A stretch of DNA of 64,000 nt from Balanoglossus misakiensis (lineage: Eukaryota; Animalia; Hemichordata), in NCBI GenBank assembly GCA_040954595.2, contig CM082597.2:574759-638758 (forward strand). Direction: 5' to 3'. The position numbers were made by a program, and so were the translations under genes. Of the stretch, positions 1 to 15,200 are shown in pieces. Positions within the stretch are counted from its first letter, which is position 1; each line of letters opens with the position of its first letter. A model generated the notes under the pieces. The model searched no databases and was not told where the DNA came from. It saw only the letters and a list, made by a program, of their open reading frames with translations.

Positions 1-1385
1 ATCGACTTGTATTCTACAGGATTCAGACCAAGGGCTACTGCACTACCGGTAATTCACATTGCAATTAAATCCACATCCCCCAAAAAGATGTTTCACATGA
101 TTCCTGAGCGCATCCTTACCAGACAGACAAAAAACAAACTCTGTATGTTAATATGTTCAAAATAATGTTTTCATTGCTCAGCTGAGCGAAAGATAGCCGT
201 AGGGACAGGGCTGTCTACCAGCAGTACTACCATTATTAAATTTATTTATATGCAAATTCACACAACATTCAGTGTGACATAATCAGCCATTAAATTCAGT
301 GACAGTATTGTTCTGAGGTATGATTTGGACAGCACATTTGTATCAATTTATTTACCAATGGAACCAGAATAACAATTACTCAAGCTGTCTATGGTAACAA
401 CGCTGACCAAGTTTGAAACTTAGTACTGTATGTCTCTGGAAATTTTTATACAATCGCTTTTCTGGAAACTGACATTCTCAAGGGTTATTAAACGGTCAAT
501 TGCGAAATAACGTTTAGCCTAAAGGCCAGGTAATATGCAATGAACAACACTTCATACAGCCGTAATAGCTTTTTAATCCCATATTGAATTTTTCTGTCAC
601 AGAACACAGGCATGGTACATGTCAATACACATTTGTCTCTGTCATGTAATGTATCAAAAATGATTTTTTCTGGTGAAACTGAAATACATGGTTTTATACT
701 TTAGTTGATATTTACATACATTGTACCTGTCACTAGTTTTTAGTTTTTAGTTTTACCACTTTATTACACACCTTTTTTGTTCTGTAATAATGCATATAAC
801 CACTAATAAACAGCAGTTTGCAAGCATTTACACTACATGTCTTTTAGTTCATATACAACTATATGCAACAGCAAAACAATCAATTTCAATACAGTGTTTA
901 ATGATGATTGCTACAACAGTGTCTCTCTTGACTCTGCTAAAAATGATAGAAAGGTATGGCTACCTATAATTAGATGGAAAAATTAGTCCTTGATTATTTC
1001 ATAGTACAATGGGTATAAACCTGCTGTATTCAATTGCCAGATCATACTCTTAACAATGCTGGTCAAGCTAATTGCTTTGTGCCGCCAGGGTGACCTTCCA
1101 TATGGATTTGTGTCATTTTTGTATGTTACCTGTGTGTTGTAAAAAAATAAGCAAAATGCTCCTGAATGATGTACTAATATTGTATTATGTCTTTCATGTG
1201 GTTGACATGGCTATAATAGGTATGTGTTCCATTTCAAGAACAACTGTCCATGCTGCAAATACCATATTGACACTGTTGTTCTGTTTTCTAGAAAGTATAC
1301 ATACTTGAATATTTGAAATGAAACTTTCACTATGGTTTTATCTCTTGTCTGGTATGCAAACTTGTAATGCAAATGCACTGTGGGA

Positions 1386-1435
1386 TATGCAAATATCAAT
1401 TGTAATTATGCAGATATCAATTGTAATTATGCAAA
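1386..1435. repeat. 21-bp tandem repeat (~2.4 copies)
   Basis: ATGCA(A/G)ATATCAATTGTAATT repeated. Confidence 0.85.
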
Positions 1436-4400
1436 TAAGACTGAAACATCCTTTTCTCCACCAGTTACTTGAGAAGACACTCCTTTCCATTGTACAGCAC
1501 AAAGGCACTGACAAGAACAGAAGTGAAATTGACATCAGCACCAATTTTAGGGTGTTTTTCAACCCTTTTCAATATTATTACCTGAAAACTGTAGTTGCAC
1601 TAATAAAAGTGGACACAGAGACACATGCAGACCTGCTTGCTGATCATTCAAAATGTAACCAGATGTGGACTTTTTGGATACAGAGCGATTAAAAAACATT
1701 GGCCACTTCTGAAACTGTTTGCCAATGTCAATATTTTTGCTGTTCTTATCAGTGCTTTCCTGCACTAGTACATGTTCCATGAAAAGAAGTGGCTTATTGT
1801 TTAAATAGAGAGATGTATGTAATATTCAGATCTGATAAATAATTAATCCATTTGTTGGTACAACTGCAGATGTACATGCGGGATGTGGCATCATTTTTGT
1901 TTAGATTACCCTTTATTTGTATTCTGCAATCATGTGATGAACAGTTTCTAGCTGTTACATTCTGAACACCTTGTGAATTAGGCCTCATATCAGACTCCCA
2001 TTTCATGATGAAATGAACACAATGATACAAGGTGTGTTCGTACACGCCTTGCAAATACATACATATTTCTAACTGGGTCAGCTCTGGGTTAACCCCAGAC
2101 TGGAAAGTTTAGCACCTCATTGATTGTATTGGCACAGAAACCATAAACAATAGTGCAGCCTTGTATTTTTGTAGGCCACCACTACTATTCCTTCAGAACT
2201 TAAAGTGTGTCAGCGTGTGTGTGATTCCACTTGACCATCTGGACAGGATGTCTATTTGACAGTCTAAACTTATCATTTAAAGTTACATGTATGAAATTTA
2301 TTTTCTGTTGAAAAAAATGTAGCTTGAAATTTTGTGTTTCTGTAGTTTTGAGTACTAGTTGGAAATCAAGCAACTATACCTCATATTTTACCAAGAAAGT
2401 TCCACTGTCTGTGTATGCATGCCATATACAGGGTACTGTCTGATCATGATGCAAAGTGTGTGCTGTTATCTTGTGATCAAATTAGCTACAGGCCTCCAAT
2501 CTAAACCTTTGTAGCTCTAGCTCTTTTGTCTGTAGTTGACTCTATGTTTAAGCTTGATTGATTGATTGCACGTTTGTTAAAGCTTGCATGTAATTCTCTG
2601 TCAGCCAAGTCTTAGCCTTTATTGCATTAAAGTGCACTTGTCTGATTGCGTTGAAATGAATCCTCTGTACATTTCTCCCTCAGAGTGCATCAAATTCTCA
2701 CGTAAAACTGTAAGATACAGAGGGCTATGTGATGTCAATTCTAACACAGTTGGGGTCACAGAGGTTACATTGAGTGTGTATAGGCCAATTGCCTTCTGTA
2801 GTGCAAAGGTCCTGTATGTGACATTAAAGTGCAAATAGTTAAGACAAGAATTCATCAGGTCTGCAATGCACAGTTCTTCTCTCGCAGAGGGAGACGTCAC
2901 TCTAAACCAAACTTGTCAATCCATATGTACACATGGTTTATCCCAGCAACATTCCTTCAAGTGGTGATGGAGAACATTCCTGGAATTGCTTCATGTCTTC
3001 TGTCTGAACTTATTTATCACATGGCAACTAGATTTCAAATATTTGTGATTATTGCTCAAGCCACTTGTGGGCAAAGGAACTGCTGCAATACTGACATTTT
3101 CTATTCCTTGTCCTAGTACATGTGACGAGGTACATTTGTATAATTACTGTTAGGATTTCCGTGCATCACCTTTGGCACTAAACTTAAAAGTCTTGCATTA
3201 GTGTACACGACCCCAGGGTATTTAATATACAGAGTGTTCTTCGAGTCCACAGACATTAGCGTTGCTGTTAGAGTGTACTCTGAATACAAATTATTTTACC
3301 ATGTGTGCTGTTATGTTACTTGTAGATTGCACCTCAGTCACATATCCATGAATTGTCCATAGAGTACCTCTTACATTTGTTCAAATACTGGAATAACTGG
3401 ACACAATATGTGTACCATACAGATAACGCAATGTCTCAGACTTCTATATGACTGGTGTTCAGATGGATTACTCAACACCATTCACTGCTTTGGTGAGGCT
3501 TATCACAGAAAGAGTTCTGTAAAAGACTGACACAGAATGTGGCCTTGATTCGCACATGTTTTCCCCAAATTTGGAGTTGTTTACTTCTTATGGTTTCAAG
3601 TTTACACCCCTTCTTCTGATTTATTAACTGACCCAGCATCTGTGTTCTTTGCTGACCACATTTTTATCTGTTGGACTTTTTGTGTGGTTTCAAACTCTAG
3701 CCAGCAGATTAGCTATAGTGTGTACACAATTAGCTTTCTTGTCAAGGATGTGAATGACAAAATTAACCTGGTGAGCATTTAACGAGGTTATTGAAGTCAA
3801 TTAGTGTGAGTTTTAATCAGTGTGTATCTTATTGGTTCCATCCAATATTCGATGATTATCCACAGTAAAGCATGTAATTATGGGCGTCGGCAATCCATGT
3901 CAATCGTCCCTTTCACTGAAAACAGCTGCTGCAGTTCTGTCCATTAAAATCTACTGCAAAGCAGAAATGGTATGTTAAGTGTTAACATTGGGGGTTATAA
4001 GTTCTGTGTGTTCAGCTTCTACACTGCTACACAAATATTCACACCACTATGTGTTTGCATCTTTATAATGGCCGCCCTGATAATTGTCTCGGCTGATGGG
4101 AGACTGATATTTTTCCCATCATAAAATCTAAGTCAAGTTGTCTTGGTGGACAGCATCCCTTCATTTTTATGCAGAACTATTTCAGGTCAACTAGAGATTA
4201 TCATTCGGCCAATAACCTCTTGCAACTACTTACACAGCATCATACTAAAAATATGTTCATTTGCATACTGTTGCTTGCATGTACCGGCACAATATTTAAT
4301 GGGTTAGATGTCATCTTGTTCAAGTTGATAATTTTTGCATAATTGTGAATGTTACAGGTACACATATGCATAGATGTGCTTCATCATATTATTAGGTTAA

Positions 4401-5277
4401 TTATTTAGTGTTTTTAACAAGGTCTATTCGAATGCTAGGTTTCACCTATTATGTATGCAGTCAAAATGGAACAAATGTGATGATCCTAAACTAGAGTGTA
4501 ACTTAAGTGTTTTCAATGGAAACACTTGACCCACAGTTGACATTTTAATATCAGCGAGCAATTAAGCAGAAGTGAGAGAGTTGGGATTCGAAAAGATAGA
4601 AGATAGCTAAAAGCCTATTATGAAATCAAAACAGGTTTTGAGGAAGCTGTATAGGTTGAAATTACTAATAGGAAAGGTGTGTTGTGGTTTATGTTGATAT
4701 CTTATACACAAACTACACAATATATACCAGTTCATATTTCTGATGGAAATGTGTAGAGCTGTGTTAATTTCGTCGTGTAATGGATCTAGGTGTGGTATTA
4801 ATAGTATTGACACAATTGTCGAGGCAAATATAATATTAACTTTTATGTAACATACCCTGGTAAATACATGATGATATTTGTCTAAAAATGAGAATTCATT
4901 GTAGGGTTGCTATATTAATTTAATTTTCAATCTTACCTACATGGCAACTATAATTTCCTATTGCTGTATATTTAATATGTACATTCACAATTAAATTAAA
5001 ACTAAAATCGGGTGAGGGATAAATATCCAGATGCGTATAATACACGTCAGTTTAATGGTTTTTATCTCCATTGTTTTGTCTCCTTTTGATATTCTCTTAT
5101 TGAATGCCACCTGCTCTTTAATTGCTTGAATCTTTTCTGTCTGGAAAATTGAAATTGTGTGTTCCTGTTTTAGACCATCTGGTGTTGTACATATGAATCA
5201 TCACTTCATTAAAATCAAGGTGATAGAGAAGTTATTTTGAGATCGGCATGTTTGAGAGAGTTGCCACTTATTGGCCT

Positions 5278-5361
5278 TTAACCCTTTCACCACCATGGTT
5301 CAGTCCAAATCCATGGTTTTCGATGGTAAGGTTGGACCTCTATAGAGGAAACTGTTGGTGT
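5278..5361. mobile_element. piggyBac-like MITE, copy 1 (right end eroded)
   Basis: TTAACCCTTTCACCACCATGGTTCAGTCCAA...GTAAGGTTGGACCTCT is the reverse complement of the internal sequence of the 11145 copy. Confidence 0.65.
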
Positions 5362-7091
5362 GTGTTTCATTGAATGTAGAATAACTAACCTCTTTGCGTT
5401 TGCACGTCTATTTTTATCACAACATGTACAGACAATCTTATATGTGACTTACAGTGTTCCATTAGTAATGCGGTAATGTGATCTGCCTATATCATTTCAA
5501 ATATAATATTCTAGCGTGTTCCTGATGACAATATTGGAATATACAATATGATCTCACATTTTTTGAAAAAAGGGATTTTGTTTTATAAAATTAACAAAGT
5601 CAGTATCCATCAGAGAAAGTTACTACCATCGAAACAGACAAATATGGTAACTTGTTGGATGCCAGACTGCCTCTGGTACATCACATGTGATTGGCCAGAG
5701 GTCACATGATGACTCTAAATATATTAGTTCACAATTTTCTACCACTTACACTTTGAAAACTCAGACTTAAAAAGAGTATTCCTGTTGCAGATTTAACATG
5801 AAAATAATTGAATATCACATATATGCATAATGATAAATTATTCATAGAGTTTTGTGACATGAAATAAATATGTAATGAAGAAAGACTCATGATATTTGCC
5901 GCGATTGTAAATGCTAATTAATCATTCATATGGACTTGGCCATTATAGCAGCAGTGGGATGGGTTTGATGAATGCCATATGTGTGTGTTTCCATAGTTCT
6001 GTTGACTGTATTAATGTGTATTTCAACTTCATGTTTTGAGTAAAGATTATGAATTAGAAAAGGGATAATTGATGATTATCATACTGTTCTATTGGACATA
6101 TAGCCAGACTTTTTTTCCAGTCATAAATGTGACGTAATCTTCAATAAGACTTCAAGTTTTATTAGGTTGACAGCTATATGTAATATCACAGGTCAATAGA
6201 ATGAAGAACATACTTGATAACAGAGTGCAGTATTTTGTAAGGTCATGACAGCTTTTCAAATTGTAATTCAGAAATATTTCACATACTTGACACAGCAAAC
6301 ATAGCAATAGAGTGAGTGTATTGAACCTAAAGTGAGAAAACTTGTGCAAGGTTTTTTCGATTGCACAAGGGAGGCTGGATTCAGTCTGGAGTGACTGTAG
6401 ACATGTTTATTGCATAAAATTGACATTAAATGGTAAAACTGATCTGAATCCAGCTATTTAATAATCAAGTGAAATGGGGGATGAATCGAGTCTGTCTGGT
6501 TTTGACAGAGACAAGAAAAGACATACTAGATATTAGGCGAGTGTGCCTTTTGTGTTTGTTCCAATAAAGAGGAACACAGAACTGAAAATCAGAGCAAATG
6601 ATAAATCACTCTTTGACGAGGAAATTTTATTAGGCTCAGAGACCTTATGTTGAGTGCCTTTGTCTCAGCAAGGATTACCTTCACAAGAAATTGGCCTTAG
6701 CAGGTTAAAGCGTGCTGCTGTGTTCGAGCTGTAAATATCCATTTGAAGTGAGAACAGCAGGGGGTTACCAAGGACTGCTAAGTGCCATGATTTCACATCT
6801 GTCAGAGACATAATCATTCACAAGGCTTGTAGCAGATCAACTGGTCTTAAATTACAATTGATATCCAGGGATCCAGATGACATCCGTGCCACAAGAGGGC
6901 GTCGTTCACAAGGGAACGTAAATGCAGTTTTACGTTCAATCACTGTACATGTAGTTGAAAAGTAAATAAACTAGAATTTAATGGTGAACCCATGTATGGT
7001 ATTCGACCTACATTACACCATCCTGTATCCGGTATAAAATGTATTTATCAGCCGTTAATAAAACTTTTATTTTCCTTTTTTGAAAATACAG

Positions 7092-9228
7092 AGCTCTGTC
7101 CAAGTGACATTCGATAGGATAAAAACTGGCAGTTTGCCGCCCAAGATAAGTGACATCAGAACAGATGCTGGCCCTAGAAACATCCTTGTAAGTATGGCTG
7201 TCCTCCATCTTATTAATGCAATTAAATTTTACTTTTATCCCGTACACATGCTCATCTATTTTCGTCTACATTCGTTGATGTTTGTGAATGGAAACAATAG
7301 AAAGATAAAGTTGTTAATGTATGTTTTTGTTTGTGTTTCAGACTGTAACATGTGTTGTGGAGGCATCCGATGTGTCCTTTGTCATCTTTGCAACTCAACA
7401 GACATCAGCTAGTGTTAAATTATCGACATGTGATGTCCATGTGGCAAAGCTGGCTGGTCAGGTGGGTGACACATGCCTGTCATGTGATAAATTTTCATGA
7501 TTTGAGTTGTCTCAGATATAAGATATGAATGCCAGTTAAGGCAAGATGTAGGAACCAGGTTTTGTTGCAAATCAAATTTCTTTCAGCTTGGTCACTGAAC
7601 ACTGCGAGGTTGAACCGAATTCTGCTAATGAATACGTGAAATCATTGCACTTTCAAAGTTATGACACACACTGAGTACAACATCAAACATCAATAGACAC
7701 TGAGACACTTCTAAAGATCAGGTTTTGACGACGTTGCACATTCTGTTATTGGTTGCTTGCTACTTATTCCTTGTTTCACCCACTGACCATTTTGTTACAA
7801 ATTCATAACCACCCTTTCTGATAATTTTGCATTTCTCACTTTATTAATATTTGCATTTTGTATGCATATTGCCATGGATACAGGTCAAATTGCAGGTTTG
7901 TTGACCCATTCAGAATATTTGACTGTTTAGCATTTCATTTCTCTGCACAGTTCCATCATTTGGCATTTCATTTGCTTTGTACCCTTATTGACATTATCAA
8001 CATTATCATTTTCGAGATTTGCATTTTCTGTTCTCATTATTTCAGTCATCTTGTATTAAAGTCCTCTTTCACTGTTTTACTAGTAGTTCACCATTTTCTT
8101 TCTCTATTTTGGCACTGAAGTTAGTGTTCTCTGACAACTGCACAGTAAAACTGAAAGAATATAGTCACTTCCATAATTTTGTTTGTGATATTGTAGCAAG
8201 AGGTTTCTCCTTCATTTGTACAAATGTGAAATTTTGTCATAGATCGATCAGTTGAATGCACGAAGGCAATATTGCATTGCACTGTGTTATATGACACAGG
8301 GCAATATTACGTTGGATAAAGGCATTATTACACAGCAGGGTCATGGGCAGTATCTCATAGATCATTATTACACCTGATCATCATAGGTATGACATATTAA
8401 TTTCCAAACTGTATAAAGACATATCTTCTCTCTTCAAGTTTTGAAATTAGGTATTAATTTTCTTGAATATTTATTTTAGGTGCAATGTAAAGTCGCGTGT
8501 ATCACTGAAGAAATTCAAGTCACTGCCATGTTTGATGGGAAGCCGGAACTCAATCTTACAATGAAACCACAAAACTCTGCCATGGTAATTTATTTCAGTG
8601 TTTTTTTCATTGGTGCTTCAATAGTGAGCCACCATCGATTGCTAATGGGATAAGAAACCTGGTCTGTAAATGTTGTACCGAAGTATTAGAACAGAAATGT
8701 TGGAAAGAAAACTGATTGGTTTAAAGTATTTCTTTTGCAATTGTAAGAATTGAATGATAAGAAAATGGTTTCTTTTATATTCTCCGATTTATCATTTCAG
8801 GACGACTTAGTGGATTTGGTGATTGTTGAAAACATCGTACGCGATGCCATCGTGAACGCCATGACCACGTACACCCTGTCTGCCAAGAATTTACCCAAAG
8901 ACATCATCATGTCTTCATCAAGTTACCAGACCAGTTCTTCATTTCAACCTGTGGTAATTCTGACTCTGTTCTCCAGTCTCAGTCGTGCATTGATTTGTCT
9001 GGAAAGTTAGGCTGATATTTTACTGTGTCGTATGTGATATTGTGAAATGAAAACAGGTGTTTCTTTTTTGCTTTTAGACGAATGTCTCTCGTAGATACCA
9101 AACAACCGTGCAAGGAGACGCTCCAAATAAACCACCACGTGCACATGATAGAAGATTACTTGTGAAAGGTTTGTCTATTTTCTTTGTAACTGTTCGCTAT
9201 GTGATTGTTTATGAACAAGTGCATCCAT

Positions 9229-9260
<32 letters not shown>

Positions 9261-12200
9261 AAGAAAGAGAGAGAGATGAGAGAGAGAGAGAGAGTGAAAG
9301 GGAGAGAGAGAGATGGAGAGAGTTAGTGAGTGAGTGAGAGAGAGATTGACAGATAGAGAAAGAGATAGAGACAACGAGAGAGTTAGAGAGACAGACATAG
9401 ACAAACTTTATACAGAGAGAGAAAAAGACATAGAGTGAGAGAGACAGAGAGATATCGACAGCATAGTGATCACTTCTGTACATTGTCTTGTCAGTGATCA
9501 AAGCCAATGGTCTAGCAGGGGGGAACGGCCTGGCTTGTGGTGACCCGTATTGTACCATAGAGATGGACACACCAGTGCAGAAACACAAGACGGCAACGGT
9601 CAGAAACACTGCCAATCCTTTCTGGGATGAACACTTCCTTTTGTAAGTATCCATTTTATTGGCTGGAATAGCTGCTGTTTTCGGATTTTGACGTGTTTGA
9701 ACCAATCAACTAACTTGTAACTTTCCTGTACAGCGACCTCCACAACAACAGCGATGTCGTCAAGTTCACAGTTCTCGACCGAGACAAACCTCAAAATGGT
9801 AAGTTGCATTTATAATGTCCAAAGCGTAGCATTGCGAAGGCCCCCTTTCCTTTCCTTATTTTCATTCATTAACTCGCTTCCTTTCCCATTCCCTCTTTCT
9901 TCTCCACTTTCTTTTCTCTCTTCTCTTCCCACTGCCTTGCTAATGCCGTTACAAGTTGACAAATTCCTTGGGCAAGTGTCCGTTTCTGTGGATATGCTGG
10001 ATAGGCTACGAACTAAACTTTACGTTCGGAAACGAACCACCAATTATGGCAAGTTCCTGTTCAGAAAAATTAAACTGTTGTCTTTATTTCTATTTCAGTT
10101 CGTGATTTCTCCTTTTTTTCATCCCTGATTTAATGTCTTAATTTCTCTTTTCCTTTTCCAGTTGTGTTCATATCTCTCTGTTTTTATATTTTTAATAAGT
10201 TGCACTTTTTGGTTTGTTTGCCAAAGGTTTGTGTTTCGTGTTGTCTTTATACACGGGTAATAATACATGACTGTACATGTATATATTAAGGAATGGATGA
10301 TCAGCTGATCATAACACATTGTAGCACATTCAGAGACCATGGTTCAGGAAAAAATAGCCACAAATCAAGGCTCAGTTAGGCCAAACATCCATAGATGTAA
10401 CAAGTGGTTCTCTGACTTTTGTCAATTATGGTATTGCTCACATGTATCAAGTATTTCATAATGCACACTCAAGCATGTAGCGGTATGGTCAGTATACCAC
10501 CCCAATCGACCCCAGCACCAAATACACAATGTTTGCTTGCTTGTTAACTTGCTTCAGTTGATGTTGTAAATAAGTGAATAGTCTGTCTGTACACATGGTA
10601 ATCATGATCAGTCACCATTGATTTCCTCAATCTGTGAATATTATGTGAAACATTTATACTGTTTAGGAGAAAAGTAATGACTTGATTGTTGCGATTCATT
10701 ACAAGTTCACGTTGCAAGTTGGAAAGTGGAAATCTAGCCAATCACAGGTATGCTCTTGGTTGGCCATAACACCACGACATGGTTACTAAAAGACTTCATG
10801 CTCTTTTAACCATATTCATACTGTACTGAAGCACAGAATAAATTCTGCAGCTCAGGATAAATTCTACTGGTCTTTCTCGTAACAGATCAGTTTCTGGGAA
10901 CTGCTGTGGTCTCCATGGAGTCGCTACGCACCAATCCAAGCACTCGTCAGATCATCCCTCTACAAGCAAGAAACAACCAAGACAAGAACATCACTGGATC
11001 CATCACTTTGGAGGTATGTACAGTGAAACCTGTTATTACAGACACCACTCTATTCAGGACACCTCTCTATTAAAGGACAGATTTTTCAAGAGAAAAGTCA
11101 TGGATTTAGTAGAATATTATCTGTCTATCCAGGACACTTTTCTATTAACCCTTTCACCCCCAGTTCCGTCTTCAGAGGTCCAACCTTACTATAGAACGCA
11201 ATGGGCTTGGACTGAACCATGGTGGTGAAAGGGTAATGATAGGACTGACTCTAAAATTTGACAATTATCACCCCTTTATTTGCGTTATAGTTCCTGTTCA
11301 TGGAATCAGCCGAAGCTCAGACTATGGCCAACCAGCTCCATCCCCAGCCTTCTCCACTACGTTCCAAATACCAAGGTACGCCTACTAAGAAAGTAGAAAC
11401 CGAAAGAACAGTCACCCCTACAGGGACTGTCATCACCACAGTAACCACGACAACAGCTCGCCCAAAGTTGACAAAGGATCGGAAGATAAGTGGGCCCTCA
11501 CTAAATGGTAGGCAAGACTTCTCAATCCCTTTCTACCACAAGTCTCCCCTGTCGACTATACTATTTTCCTTACTGCTGTCGATTTTGTCAAGTTTGTTTC
11601 TTTCTTGGATAGAGTTGGTTTGTTTATCTTTCTTTCATTGCCTGTTGCTTTTTTCGGCTTACACCTATAAACTCAAAGTATTTGCACACCTTTGTACATT
11701 TATGTTTTGATTTAATATGCAGTTTATTTTTCTGTGTGATGATAAAATCCAACAATCTGTTCTTACACAGGGAAAGAATATCCTAGCTTTATAAATAACA
11801 CAAAAGATACCAAAAATATAAAGTCATACTTAAATAAACAATCTTCAATCTATAACAAACCAACAAAAAGTAACGATAGTTGAAATAAATTATATTATTA
11901 ATGAAGGTAGGAAATATAAAATTAAAATCATAATTGTTTATTTCAGTACAAAATACAAAGAAAAATATGGGTATTTTAAATTAAACTTGTTCATGTTAAT
12001 TTTAGCAAATTTGAATATCAAAATATTTGCGAAACAAGTAATAGTTCAAATCTGTAAAGAACACAGCAGTTTGAAGGAGAACCAGTCAAATTTTCTGTTC
12101 CAAGAATCGACCCCTGTCTGTCTCGCTCCCACTTCCATCCAAGCAACACCAGTGGTGATCTGTTTTTTGGGTTTCCAGGTTCTTTATTAATGTATGCCAT

Positions 12201-15200
12201 AAAATATGCATGTCATGTGACAGCATCATGGCCAATCATATTGGATGGTTTTCAGTCCTGATCATGTGATTGAAATCCTTCTTTATGATTGGTTGGTAAG
12301 TCTATCCATCATAGAAAGTTGCCTATCTTCAAAGTAAGTCAAAAATTTCTTAAAGCTCATAACATCAGTTAAGTGCTAGTAATATATGAAGTTCCACATT
12401 GATCGTCATAAACTAATTTTTTTCTACATGCATAGTGCATGATTAAGCATGAGATGCATTGTATTTTTTTTACCGTTTTAGATGCATGCATGTATCTGCT
12501 TAATGATATGTATTGCTTTATCATTTATTACACTTTTTTACAAATTGACTATTTTTAATTGCATGTATGATTCTAACCTTGTCTCTATTCACTTATGATA
12601 CTTTGAATGTTCTGTTTTTCTTAACCTTTTTCTTTCTTCCTTCTCCCCGTCCACTGTCCTGTGTGTGCGTGTGTATTCTATTGACCTCTGGCCTTTGAAC
12701 TTTGACCTGTGCTAACACACGACCTGCTCAGTAGGTGTAACTGACTACTTCATCGAAGTACCAGGCAAGCACATTTAAACCAATGGATATTGTACAATTT
12801 GGCATCAGCAGAGAGATAACATATTATGTATAGTTAACCTAACTTGTGTTTTGTTTATTAATCACAATTATATAGAGTGACTGTTCTGAAGTTTAAATTC
12901 AAAATGGTGGACCAACAAAATGGCAGAATGTAAAGGTCACATGGGTCATGACCTTGCAATAAGGTCGTGTGTGACTTGCATGACTTTTGACCCTAGCATG
13001 TGACATCTAACCTCTGAATGAAGGCTTGTTATTGGTTACATGAATCTCATTCCTCGATAGATGTTCCAGCCCAAGTAACGAAAGCAAGCGTCAACGATCA
13101 GTCCCACACTCATAGAGGCCGCTCCGTCTCGCCAGCTCGCGATCGCGAACGCAATTCGACGAACGAACTCAGACCTCCGAGTATGAACGACTCAGGTGTT
13201 TCAGCATCTGAACAAGGTATGCATCCAGTTGAATAAATTACTTGAAAGAAAATGATTAGTGAAAGAGACTGCAATGTTGATGGCTAGATATGTGATGATT
13301 ACATGTTGATGTCGATGTTCTTGTTACATGTTAGTTCACAAGTGTTTCATCTCCGCACTTGTTTTTCCAAATGCTGTGCAGAAACGTTTAACTTCTTGCA
13401 TGATTATAAGACGTTTATTCTTGTTTGTTTTCTTCAGTGTTGTAAATGTGAATAATGTCCCTCAGTGTGACATTTTCTTCACATCATAGTCTGTTGTGGA
13501 CTTTCTCCCGTTTTGCTTAATGTTGATTTTGCTAGTGGAACTAGCACCCCTAGTCTACAGTGCCTTCTTTTTGGTCCAACTTGAGGTACTAGGTGGTCAG
13601 TTATTGCAAGATTGTACTGGTTATAACTTGCTTGCGCTTGTCTTGATCATCACTATAGCTTTTGATGACATGGATGAGCTAGGGGAACTGGCTCCCCCAG
13701 CTTTACTTTTCTAACTGTGCTATTGATGATAGTGACTGTGCTAGGGGGACTGGTGTCCTTAACTTGCTTGTTTTAAACTTCGTATCTTTGGCGTGGCCGT
13801 AGTTGATGTCCGTGTGTATTCTTGAGGTAGGGGAATCGATCTTGTGAGTACTTGTCTTATACTAATTGACTTAACGTGTACAGTGGATGCTCTTCTGGCC
13901 CGCATGTACAACCCAGCCCCCTTTAATTCTGATAAGAGTCTTTTTATTGATGTTGTCAATTTTGTACAGAATTGTCGCTAATCAATAATACCGATGAATC
14001 TGTTGCTGACACTGCAGTCCGACATCTTACAGAGCAAGCACAGCAGAGAGCGCGTACGCCGACCAAAAAAAGCACCTTGATCATACAGGGAGTATCCAGG
14101 GTGAGTATTTCCCATCATTCCTTGCCAATTGAGGTACGGGGTAAGAGTAAGTTTGGTACTTCTTTCCTCAAGTTGATTTGAGGGGACTCTTCTGTATAAA
14201 CTTGCACGCTTTACATCAACAGAGGTGCAAATGACTTACTTTTTCACATCATCTCCTGTCTATTAATTCCAAATCACTTCCTTAACAGTATATCATGTTG
14301 TTTGGATTCAAGCAGGTTTTCATAATTAAATGTTTGCATTTTGTCAAAAATAATACACAGTAGTATTAGTTTAAAGTCCAATTATCTGTGCATCATGTCA
14401 CTTTAAAGGAATTGCGTTATGTGGTATCACTGACCTTTGACCTCTATTCATCCAAGCCATTAAAAACAAAAGCATTCAACCAGTGTCTGATTGGCGGGTA
14501 ATGCTGTAAACAATTGGCAAAACTTTTTGAGGTGTTTGATTTGATTTGGATTTTTGCATGGCATGCTGGTAGCTTTAGATCATAGTAAAGAAATGGATGC
14601 CCTTAAAATATAAGTCAAATAATTATAATTATCACATAAAGAACGATAAAATATGACAAGTGCAGAAGAGTGGTCCATACCTACCCACAGATCAACCTAT
14701 CTCCACTAAATTCAATATGCAGTAGGTCTGACCCCAACATCCCCATCGAGAAATGGATCAGTCCAAATCCTATTATTTGCTGCTGTGTATTTGTAAAATT
14801 AGTTGTGCTAATTTTATATTTTCTTTTGCATGACCTTATGTTGTTTATCATGGTTACCTTGGCAACATAAGGATGATGATAAGGTAAATTTTGCATACTT
14901 TGTTTGAGAGTTATTTTGCTTCTGTGTTACCCAATTAAGTTATTGCTGTTTGTAAGTTCAGCAATAGTTGTTTGTAGGTGTAGAAATGATTTTGTTGTCC
15001 TGTCCATGTGTGTTGCTTGTTTGTATTCATCCTTCAACGTTTTTGCCCGAGAATTGGTTTGTGAATAGCATTCTGTAAATGTCAATACTCGACTTTTTAA
15101 GATCCTGGTTACAAGGGAGTTTAGAAATCATCAACAGTGAACAGTAAATCTTTCAGTGGGTCCACCAACATGACAAACTGTTAAAATTGCTGTTCTTAGG

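Noticed and set aside
1-7091. Short ORFs and a possible first exon of the C2CD2-like gene
   Set aside because: No ORF has recognisable homology and I found no convincing transmembrane-encoding exon; the region is most consistent with a long intron.
9156-9705. Minus-strand ORFs (82 and 176 aa) with SLSLSL/THTH runs
   Set aside because: They translate a GA/GT microsatellite and the antisense of a real C2 exon.
12680-14445. TGACCTT-type DR1 motifs (12682-12708, ~12950, 14431-14443) as nuclear-receptor enhancers
   Set aside because: TGACCTT heptamer runs are common low-complexity motifs in such genomes, and there is no independent support.
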